The notes under the pieces are model-generated. The model saw nothing but the letters and a program-made list of their open reading frames with translations, made no database searches and was not told where the DNA came from. Positions 24,755 to 31,907 of a stretch of 32,000 bases of DNA are shown piece after piece. Source of the DNA: an uncultured bacterium (GTDB taxonomy: Bacteria > Patescibacteriota > Gracilibacteria > UBA1369 > PNNO01); assembly GCA_963704705.1 (NCBI GenBank), contig OY969931.1:1170001-1202000 (forward strand). Reading direction: 5' to 3'. Positions within the stretch are counted from its first letter, which is position 1; each line of letters begins with the position of its first letter. Position numbers and translations under genes: made by a program.

Positions 24755-27082
24755 ATGGCAAACGAAAGAAAAACCGAAATAATCACAAGAGACCATTTTT
24801 CCAAATTTTTGGATTCTATTTATATTGAAGAACAACGCTCAGATAATCCAAAAATTGATAAGTTGTTAAAATCTGCCTCAAAAAAAGGCGGTGGAAAAGG
24901 TTATCCAGAATTTATCATCAGCTACAAAACTAATCCTGATTTACTGATTGTTATTGAATGTAAAGCAGATGTAACAAAACACGAAAGCAAAGATCACGAT
25001 AAATATTCAGAGTTTGCTGTTGATGGTGCTTTACTTTATGCCTCTTATTTATCAAAGGGCTTTGATGTTTTAGCAATTGCAGTTAGCGGAGAAACAAAGC
25101 AGTCTCTAAAAATTTCTCATTTTTTACATTTGAGAGACGAGAAAAAAGCAACTCCAATTTTTAGCGATAAATTTTTGTCAGTTGACGATTATTTAAACGG
25201 ATATTTGAAAAGCCCTGAAAAATTTAGACAAGATTATAATTCGCTTTTAGATTTCACAAAACAACTTAATGAAAAATTGCATGGTTATAAAATTCTTGAG
25301 AGCCAAAGGAGTTTGCTTATTAGTTCAATTTTAATTGCCTTAGAAAATGTTGCTTTCAAAAGATCATATGCTTCGCACAAAAAAGCTGAAAATCTTGCAG
25401 TTTCTCTAATTCAAACAGTTTCCGATGAATTGGAAAGTGCAAACATCACAGGGAAGAAACTTGAAAACTTGAATACTCAATTCAGCTTTATTAAAACGGA
25501 TACATCTTTATCAAAAAAAGAAAATGTTTTGAAAGAAATTATTGATGAAATTGACGAAAATATAAATGCTTTTATCAAAACTCACAGATATTTTGACGTA
25601 TTGGGACAGCTTTATATTGAATTTTTGAGATACGCAAATAGTGACAAGGGGCTAGGAATTGTTTTAACGCCCCCGCACATCACAGAGCTTTTTGCGGACT
25701 TAGCACAAGTCAATAAAAACTCTATCGCTTATGACAATTGTACGGGAACAGGCGGGTTTTTGATTAGTGCAATGAAAAAAATGATAGCAGACGCAAAAGG
25801 CGATGAATCAAAAATCAAAGAAATAAAATCAAAACAGCTTATCGGAACGGAATATCAATCGCATATTTTTGCTTTGGCGGTTTCAAACATGTACATTCAC
25901 CAAGACGGAAAAACAAATATCATAAATGGCAGTTGTTTTGATGAGGAAATTATTGAAGATGTAAAAACTAAAAAACCAACAGTTGGTTTTTTGAATCCTC
26001 CCTACAAAGACAAAAAGGGAGATACTGAAGAGTTAGAATTCGTGCTTAATAATTTAGAATGTTTAGTTGATGGTGGCGTATGCGTGGCTATAATTCCACT
26101 AAGTTCAGTCATTGCACAAAATGGCATTAAGCTTCAGCTAAAAGAAAAACTACTACAAAATCATACATTAGAAGCCGTCTTGTCAATGCCAGAAGATCTT
26201 TTCCATAATTCAAAAGTTTCGCCTGTTTCTGTCGTTGTTGTCTTTACCGCCCATAAACCACATCCTGTGGGTAAAAAAACATGGTTAGGCTATTTTAGAA
26301 ATGATAATTTTGTAAAAACCAAAGACAAAGGACGTATAGACTTATTGGGAACATGGGAAGAAATAAAAAAAGAATGGCTTACATTATATTTTAATAGAGA
26401 AACAAAAAAAGACATAAGTTTGACGAGAGAATTAAAACCACAAGATGAGTGGTGCATAGAGGCATATTTAACATATGATTATAGTAAAATTACTGAGTAT
26501 AAACTTAAAGATAAAATACAAAAATATTTAGCATTTCGCTTACTTCACGATTTACTTGATTTTAAAATTGATAAACCAAATAAACTTAAAAATGATAACA
26601 AAGTAGTTCCATTGCATGAGATTTTTGATGTAAAAAATGGATTAGCATCTTCAAATGTAGAGGTATTAGAATCTCCTGAAAGTCCTTCTGATATTAGATA
26701 TATTAGACCATCTCAAACTTACGAAGGAAGTATTGCTGGATACGTAGATAAGACATTTATAGACGATAAATACATTTATCCTGACAATACGCTATATGTT
26801 TCTACAGATGGGCAAGGAAGTCATACCTATTCGTATGTTTCATCTTTTGAATTTATCCCAAACAGCAATGTTTCTGTGTTAATGCCTAAAAGAGAAATGT
26901 CCGTACAAGAAAAAATATATTATGCACTTTGCATTTCAAGCAATAGATACAAGTTTTCTTATGGCAGAAAGCCTAAAGGCGATAGATTAAAAGATATATT
27001 TTTACCTTTGTATCCGCCTGAATATGTTCACGGTGATATTTTTAATGAAATCTTTGATAATTGGAAAAAAATAGTAAAATAA
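24755..27082 (+). CDS. cassette 21 (24552-27341): single-chain restriction-modification enzyme (Type IIG-like): N-terminal PD-(D/E)xK-like domain, gamma-class N6-adenine methyltransferase, C-terminal TRD
   Basis: 775 aa. SAM motif I YDNCTGTGGFL and motif IV FLNPPY. The N-terminal NPDLLIVIECKAD resembles the HSDR_N/PD-ExK nuclease motif. The C-terminal 170 or so aa (VPLHEIFDVKNGL...RLKDIFLPL) resemble a single HsdS-type target-recognition domain. The methyltransferase call is strong; the nuclease call is tentative. Confidence 0.75.
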   Translation: MANERKTEIITRDHFSKFLDSIYIEEQRSDNPKIDKLLKSASKKGGGKGYPEFIISYKTNPDLLIVIECKADVTKHESKDHDKYSEFAVDGALLYASYLSKGFDVLAIAVSGETKQSLKISHFLHLRDEKKATPIFSDKFLSVDDYLNGYLKSPEKFRQDYNSLLDFTKQLNEKLHGYKILESQRSLLISSILIALENVAFKRSYASHKKAENLAVSLIQTVSDELESANITGKKLENLNTQFSFIKTDTSLSKKENVLKEIIDEIDENINAFIKTHRYFDVLGQLYIEFLRYANSDKGLGIVLTPPHITELFADLAQVNKNSIAYDNCTGTGGFLISAMKKMIADAKGDESKIKEIKSKQLIGTEYQSHIFALAVSNMYIHQDGKTNIINGSCFDEEIIEDVKTKKPTVGFLNPPYKDKKGDTEELEFVLNNLECLVDGGVCVAIIPLSSVIAQNGIKLQLKEKLLQNHTLEAVLSMPEDLFHNSKVSPVSVVVVFTAHKPHPVGKKTWLGYFRNDNFVKTKDKGRIDLLGTWEEIKKEWLTLYFNRETKKDISLTRELKPQDEWCIEAYLTYDYSKITEYKLKDKIQKYLAFRLLHDLLDFKIDKPNKLKNDNKVVPLHEIFDVKNGLASSNVEVLESPESPSDIRYIRPSQTYEGSIAGYVDKTFIDDKYIYPDNTLYVSTDGQGSHTYSYVSSFEFIPNSNVSVLMPKREMSVQEKIYYALCISSNRYKFSYGRKPKGDRLKDIFLPLYPPEYVHGDIFNEIFDNWKKIVK

Positions 27083-27097
27083 GGAGTTTTGAAAAAT

Positions 27098-27204
27098 GGA
27101 ATTCACCCCCAGCCCCTCTTCCATTTTTCAAAACAAAAAAATCAAATACAATAATAAAAAGCCCACCAAAAACGGAATAATATGGATAAATTTTTCAAAA
27201 ATAC
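27098..27204. repeat. IR-R of the RM module (C-rich copy)
   Basis: The reverse complement reads gtatttttgaaaaattt...gtttttggtgggcttt...gtatttgattttttt...gaagaggggctgggggtgaattcc, matching 24561-24660 block by block. Confidence 0.7.
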
Positions 27205-27249
27205 GCAAGGCACGTTGCACTCTCACTCCGCTATCGCTCCGTTCGGCTC

Positions 27250-27347
27250 GCCTAACACAGTATATGCGGTTCGCTCGTTGCACTTCGCTCTCCCATATTT
27301 TGCTCCGTTTCACTCCGCAAAACATCGCATATACTGAAACGTTGTAG
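27250..27347 (+). repeat. attC 21 (short, 98 bp)
   Basis: R'' GCCTAAC, R' GTTGTAG. L arms cagtatatgcg/cgcatatactg. Short apical stem ttttgc/gcaaaa. It lacks the ATTATACC core. Confidence 0.8.
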
Positions 27348-27394
27348 AAAGCCACTTTTCCTATAAACTAATGATCTAATAATTAACTAATAAA

Positions 27395-27571
27395 ATGATG
27401 CCAAAAATCGAAACTTATTCAGATAATGAAGGAAACTCAATTACTATTGAAGAAGGGCCTGATGGCGTAAATGTTTCTGCAAGCATAAAAACAAAACCAC
27501 CATACTCAGGTGGAGCAAATGCTTCAGCTGCTAGAAGTTACGCTCAAAAAAATGGGCTCAAAAAAGAATAA
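27395..27571 (+). CDS. cassette 22 (27342-27731): small hypothetical protein (58 aa; below the ORF-track cutoff)
   Basis: ATG at 27395 and TAA at 27569-71. It translates as MMPKIETYSDNEGNSITIEEGPDGVNVSASIKTKPPYSGGANASAARSYAQKNGLKKE and is the only plausible ORF in the cassette. Confidence 0.45.
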   Translation: MMPKIETYSDNEGNSITIEEGPDGVNVSASIKTKPPYSGGANASAARSYAQKNGLKKE

Positions 27572-27585
27572 TAAAAGTGGCCATC

Positions 27586-27737
27586 GTACAACAGGCGCAT
27601 TAACGGTTCGGGCTTTTTCTCGCCTGGCTTCGCACAGCCAAAAATCCCTCACCCAAGTTTTTTAACGGTGGTGGCACGTCTGGCGACGTGATATTATACC
27701 ACCGTCAAAAACTTCGCTAATGCGCCGAACGTTATAT
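27586..27737 (+). repeat. attC 22 (type A)
   Basis: R'' GTACAAC, R' GTTATAT. L arms ggcgcatta/taatgcgcc. ATTATACCACC core. Confidence 0.85.
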
Positions 27738-27744
27738 GAAATAC

Positions 27745-27825
27745 ATTTTCCTTCTAAACTGAAAATTGGCTTATTCATAAAGAAAAGAATTTGATTTTTC
27801 TTTTTTTTGATAGAGGGGGGAAATT
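27745..27825. repeat. IR of the HTH module (G-rich copy, at the gene's 3' end)
   Basis: cattttcc...gaatttgatttttcttttttttgatagaggggggaaatt is an imperfect inverted copy of 28571-28666. Confidence 0.6.
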
Positions 27826-28474
27826 ATTGCTCTTCAATCAAACTTTTTAGCTCATCTAATCGATCAACTTCATTAGCCTGAGAGGCAGCATATTCAAGGC
27901 AAGCTACAAATTTGTCCTTACTCATTGGTCCTTTACCACGAATAAAGTTCGAAAGTTGTCCAGCATTAACATTGCATGCAGCTGCTAGTTTTCTAAGGCC
28001 TTGTACAACTCCCATCTTAATAGCTATATGAAGTGCTTTTGCTATAAATTCACGAAATTTATCTTCGCTAGAAAATTCACTATTTTCAATTAATTTAAGA
28101 AAATTAAGCATTCCAGAATATTCTTCTCTTAAAATAATATTCTCAATTTTCGCTGGAATACGTTCATTCAAGTTACGCACAAGCACATCTACATAATTTG
28201 CTAAATTATCCTTGTCCGGATCATTATCAGCAATTTCATGCTGTGCACTGAGAATGTTTCTCACGCCTAAAGCAACTTGCTCAAGCAGAGGTAATAATTG
28301 TGGAAATAGTTTAATAACTTGAGGATTTAAAACCACAACTTCATCGCTTCTTCTTTCAAAAAATTGACTCAAATTTAGATCCCCAATCGTTTGCAATGTT
28401 GGAGCTTCTTTTACTATTCCCTCAGGAGTTTCAGGAAACAAATCTCTTGTATCTAACCCTTTTCCTTTCGCCAT
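27824..28474 (-). CDS. cassette 23 (27732-28787): HTH-domain protein (216 aa), reverse orientation
   Basis: C-terminal XRE/Cro-like helix-turn-helix LRKLAAACNVNAGQLSNFIRGKGPMSKDKF. The N-terminal 150 or so aa are unrecognised. It has its own consensus promoter. Confidence 0.6.
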   Translation of the reverse strand: MAKGKGLDTRDLFPETPEGIVKEAPTLQTIGDLNLSQFFERRSDEVVVLNPQVIKLFPQLLPLLEQVALGVRNILSAQHEIADNDPDKDNLANYVDVLVRNLNERIPAKIENIILREEYSGMLNFLKLIENSEFSSEDKFREFIAKALHIAIKMGVVQGLRKLAAACNVNAGQLSNFIRGKGPMSKDKFVACLEYAASQANEVDRLDELKSLIEEQ

Positions 28475-28502
28475 AACGAAAATATTTTAATAATGGAATA
28501 AT

Positions 28503-28530
28503 ATTATACATAGCAGTTTATTTTTGTCAA
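28503..28530 (-). promoter_or_regulatory. consensus sigma70 promoter for the HTH gene
   Basis: The minus strand reads TTGACA (28530-28525), 16-nt spacer, TATAAT (28508-28503), about 28 nt upstream of the ATG at 28474. Confidence 0.6.
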
Positions 28531-28570
28531 TATACTGTGCAACTTTTATTTCTAAGGTGTTTAGGCTCGG

Positions 28571-28666
28571 CACATTCACCCCCTAGCCCCCTCTGCGCCT
28601 CGCCCAAACAAAAAAATCAAATTCATTCTAATAAAAAACAGGATTTTTCGCGATTTATAAAAATGT
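28571..28666. repeat. IR of the HTH module (C-rich copy, upstream of the promoter)
   Basis: The reverse complement reads catttttataaatcgcgaaaaa...gaatttgatttttttgtttgggcgaggcgcagagggggctagggggtgaatgtg. Confidence 0.6.
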
Positions 28667-28671
28667 TCTTC

Positions 28672-28793
28672 ATATAACAGGTGTATGTTCGGCTACACTC
28701 GCTTAGCTCGTTTCGCCCATATTTTTGCAAGTGGTTCCGCTTCGCGTTATTATACCACTTGCAAAAACATCGTACATACACCGGACGTTAGGC
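28672..28793 (+). repeat. attC 23
   Basis: R'' ATATAAC, R' GTTAGGC. L arms ggtgtatgttcg/cgtacatacacc (1 mismatch). Same subfamily as attC 2. Confidence 0.85.
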
Positions 28794-29210
28794 GCATCTC
28801 TTAATCAATCTATGACGACAACTATATACAAAAATATTGTAAGCATAATTTATTGGACATAGTTCTCACCTTACTTTCAATATCATAAAAATAATGTTAT
28901 GAATTACATGTACTTGAATACAGTAGTTATGAAACACGACCTTCCTGGGGATTCCCTTTGCAGATGTATATGATAATGATGTTAGCTCACCAGTAATGTC
29001 AACGAATGAAAAGATATATTCATTTTTTACAAATGATTGGGGATATATTAATTTATAAATTTTGGCTTCTCAAACCATTTTTAATATTTAAAAAAAGAGA
29101 CACCGCCTAACAGTAAACTATCCGGATTCTCTCCTTCGGCTACACCCAACTTTGCCAGTGGTGGCGCATCGGCTATTAAACAAATGTAAAATCCGTATAG
29201 TTTGCGGACG
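28788..29210 (+). pseudogene. cassette 24: decayed paralog of cassette 16 (membrane protein)
   Basis: Alignable by eye with 21679-22108 along its length, but the start codon is lost (tctATGAcgacaac vs tctattATGaaatta) and there are multiple indels. No ORF of 60 aa or more. Confidence 0.7.
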
Positions 29211-29216
29211 TTGTAC
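29105..29216 (+). repeat. attC 24 (degenerate)
   Basis: R'' GCCTAAC, R' GTTGTAC, and the left arm is intact. The right half of the inner stem (expected attataccactgtcaaagttcg) is replaced by attaaacaaatgtaaaatccg, so the hairpin is disrupted. Confidence 0.6.
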
Positions 29217-29287
29217 GAAATAGCAATGAGTTCTATCTTTGTGTAAATTTTAAGAAGCACCGACTTACTAATTGGTGATATAGTTGT

Positions 29288-29611
29288 ATGTTATCCCCCA
29301 TTCATAATCATAAAACTATGAATTTTGGTAGCTATCGAGCTCGCGTCGCTATAGTAAGAGATATTAGCGAGTTCAAAACAATCAAAGATCGTAATAGAGC
29401 AGACAAACTAAATCAAGCTTTAAACAAGGGAAAAAGCAAAGTTGAACAAGCAAAAACTGATGCAGATATTGAACAAGCATGTAAAGAAACTTTCGAAGAA
29501 GTATTAAGAGTTTTTGAAGGTAGTGATGAACATGATGGTATGCGGGGCTTTGTTTTAGTGGATAGATTTCAAAGCGACGCTCACAATTGGTGGAATAATT
29601 CAAAGAATTAA
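29288..29611 (+). CDS. cassette 25 (29211-29782): hypothetical protein, paralog of cassette 3
   Basis: 107 aa with one substitution relative to 14657-14980. Confidence 0.6.
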   Translation: MLSPIHNHKTMNFGSYRARVAIVRDISEFKTIKDRNRADKLNQALNKGKSKVEQAKTDADIEQACKETFEEVLRVFEGSDEHDGMRGFVLVDRFQSDAHNWWNNSKN

Positions 29612-29634
29612 TAGTTATAACTAATTGCTACATC

Positions 29635-29788
29635 GTACAACAGGCGCATTAACGGTTCGGGCTTTTTCTTGCGGCTGGCTTCGCACAGCCAAAAATCCCT
29701 CTCCCAACTTTTTTAACGGTGCTTTCATGCCTTGCGGCATGTTATTATACCACCGTCAAAAAGTTCGCTAATGCGCCAGACGTTAGGC
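29635..29788 (+). repeat. attC 25 (type A)
   Basis: R'' GTACAAC, R' GTTAGGC. Body identical by eye to attC 3. Confidence 0.85.
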
Positions 29789-29870
29789 GATATTATTTTA
29801 TTAAGGTATTTAATGTCTACAAGCTTTACAAGAAATATTTTATATAATTATTTCCTTTAATAAATATATT

Positions 29871-30078
29871 ATGACTCGACCTAAATTAGATAAAGATCAA
29901 AACTAAAACGAACTGAAAGGCTAACTGCTTTCATTGATCAAGAAAGTATGAAAAGGATTCAATGGGCACATTCGTTACAAAGAAATCTATCGGAGAAGTT
30001 CTTGGTGATTTGATTATGAAGGATATAAAAGAACCGCCAAAGGAAATAGATGAAGATCCATTTTTACATGAAGAATAA
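29871..30078 (+). pseudogene. cassette 26 (29783-30219): frameshifted paralog of cassette 12 (RHH-like)
   Basis: gataaagatCAAAACTAAAAcgaac replaces gataaagatCCAAAACTAAAAagaag. The base loss creates TAA at codon 12, and further indels lie downstream. Confidence 0.7.
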
Positions 30079-30082
30079 CATC

Positions 30083-30225
30083 GCATAACAGCGAACTATC
30101 CGGTTCGGGCTTTTTTGATGCGCGGCTTTGCGGGGCAAAAGCCTTCACCCAACTTTTTTTAATGGTGGCGCTGACGCGCTATTATACCACCGTAAAAAAG
30201 TTCGTATAGTTTGCGCCCGTTATGT
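30083..30225 (+). repeat. attC 26 (type B)
   Basis: R'' GCATAAC, R' GTTATGT. L arms gcgaactat/atagtttgc (1 mismatch). ATTATACCACC core. Confidence 0.8.
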
Positions 30226-30258
30226 GACATCCATTTTTTCTCATTGTAGAATAACGAC

Positions 30259-30828
30259 ATGGAAAAAGAACCAATTACACCGATTGAAATAGTAAAAGCA
30301 GATATTAAACTTTTTGAAAAATATCAAAAAGAAATTTTGGAAATCGAAAGAGAACTTATCGAAAATAGTTCATCAGCATATCTTATTGATGAACAAGATG
30401 AGCTCGATTTTATGTTAGATGCGTTTAAAAAAGGAGGTTATGCTTATTTAGTAATGGAAAATGAAAAAGTTACTGGGTTTTTAGTTGTTGGGCCACTCGA
30501 TGATGGGACTGAATTGCCTGAAACAGTTACTCAAAATTATCCAATTGCAAATTGCCTTCATATCAAAGTAATGTACATAAAAAATACAAGCAAAGGAATT
30601 GGTAGTGAAATGATGGAAAAATTAATTCAAGAACTAGATAAAGAACAATGGAAATATTTATTTGTAAGAACTTGGATTGATCCACCAAATGAAGGAGCTA
30701 TTAATTTTTATACAAATCGAGCTGGCTTTGAAGCTGTTCCAAATGCAATAGTTGAATCAACAAAAAGAAAATTGGATGGAAGTGGAACACTCCAAATAAA
30801 AAGACAATATTTTTCAAAAAGGATATAG
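30259..30828 (+). CDS. cassette 27 (30220-30993): GNAT-family N-acetyltransferase (intact copy)
   Basis: 189 aa. The acetyl-CoA pocket pattern is SKGIGSEMMEKLI followed by NEGAINFYTNRAGFE. Confidence 0.8.
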   Translation: MEKEPITPIEIVKADIKLFEKYQKEILEIERELIENSSSAYLIDEQDELDFMLDAFKKGGYAYLVMENEKVTGFLVVGPLDDGTELPETVTQNYPIANCLHIKVMYIKNTSKGIGSEMMEKLIQELDKEQWKYLFVRTWIDPPNEGAINFYTNRAGFEAVPNAIVESTKRKLDGSGTLQIKRQYFSKRI

Positions 30829-30842
30829 AAAAAATGGACATC

Positions 30843-30999
30843 ACATAACAGGCGCATTAACGGTTCGGGTTTTTTTTGTCGGGCGGCCTAAAAGCACGCC
30901 CAAAAATCCCTCACCCAACTTTTTTAACGGTGGTGACATGCCTTGCGGCATGTTATTATGCCACCGTCAAAAAGTTCGCTAATGCGCCGGACGTTAGCG
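30843..30999 (+). repeat. attC 27 (type A)
   Basis: R'' ACATAAC, R' GTTAGCG. L arms ggcgcatta/taatgcgcc. Confidence 0.85.
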
Positions 31000-31063
31000 G
31001 AAATTGGGCTGATTTTAAAAGCGACTTAATATATAATTCAAATAATTCTTAACCTAAAATTCT

Positions 31064-31642
31064 ATGAATCAAACATGGAAAATCATTGTCGCCGTCATTA
31101 TTACAGCAGTCGTTGTCGGAGGTGGCTTTTACTTCTGGCAACAGAGCAAGGAAGAAACTCCACAAGTTACTCGAAAAACCGAAGATCAAACACCAGCTCC
31201 AGCAGCTGAAACCGAAAAAACGTTCACTGGTAGCGGATTTACATTCACATACCCCGTAGAATATACAGCTGATAACAAAGGACTTTGGACAACGGACGGT
31301 TATCAAAGACATATAAATCCGCCTGAAGCTTGCGATACCTGCCAGATACCAGAAGTAGAAGTAAAAGCCACCACTTCAAATAAAACATTGGATCAACAAA
31401 TTATTGCTGATTATGACTTGCCAGGAACAACACTGGCAGAGATGTCTAAACAAACTGGCATCAAATATGAGCAAATAAAAATCGGCGACAATGATTTTAT
31501 CAAAATCACGGTTAGCGACATGTTCGATGTAACAGGATATTACACAAAACATAATAATCAGATTGTCGCTTTTAAAGTTTATTTGACGGAAAAAGATAAT
31601 AAGGCATTAAAAGATATTATTTCGACATTGAAGTTTAATTAA
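31064..31642 (+). CDS. cassette 28 (30994-31769): membrane-anchored hypothetical protein, duplicate of cassette 1
   Basis: 192-aa protein identical to 13379-13957. At the DNA level there is one synonymous change plus changes in the attC. Confidence 0.7.
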   Translation: MNQTWKIIVAVIITAVVVGGGFYFWQQSKEETPQVTRKTEDQTPAPAAETEKTFTGSGFTFTYPVEYTADNKGLWTTDGYQRHINPPEACDTCQIPEVEVKATTSNKTLDQQIIADYDLPGTTLAEMSKQTGIKYEQIKIGDNDFIKITVSDMFDVTGYYTKHNNQIVAFKVYLTEKDNKALKDIISTLKFN

Positions 31643-31657
31643 AATCAGCCCAACATC

Positions 31658-31775
31658 AGATAACAAAGGCTATGCGGCTACGATCCTTTCAGTCGCTACG
31701 CCCATATTGTGCGGTGGTGGCCCTTCGCGGCCAATTATACCACCGCACAACATCGCATAGCCTTGGCCGTTAAAT
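31658..31775 (+). repeat. attC 28
   Basis: R'' AGATAAC, R' GTTAAAT. Otherwise as attC 1, with a 2-nt indel in the apical loop. Confidence 0.8.
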
Positions 31776-31907
31776 GAAATTGATTATATTTATGTCGTAT
31801 GATAAATTTTGCTCCTTTAACAAATAAAGCATGAATAAAGTTTTGCATTTAAACATTGAAACATCTGAACCAGGTAAATGGTTAGATATATTACATGTCT
31901 AAGATTA

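Noticed and set aside
13973-31775. Regularly recurring structured repeats could be a CRISPR array.
   Set aside because: The repeats are 98-209 bp, variable in length and sequence, and strongly palindromic. The intervening units are 0.28-2.8 kb and contain ORFs with promoters. No cas genes are present. The boundaries follow G|TTRRRY / RYYYAAC logic.
13973-31775. The palindromic repeats could be REP/BIME or MITE-type intergenic elements rather than attC sites.
   Set aside because: A REP or MITE reading does not explain three things. Each unit's first bases complement the R'' box at its own far end. Whole gene-plus-repeat units are duplicated with breakpoints exactly at G|TT. The array begins next to a divergent IntI-like recombinase.
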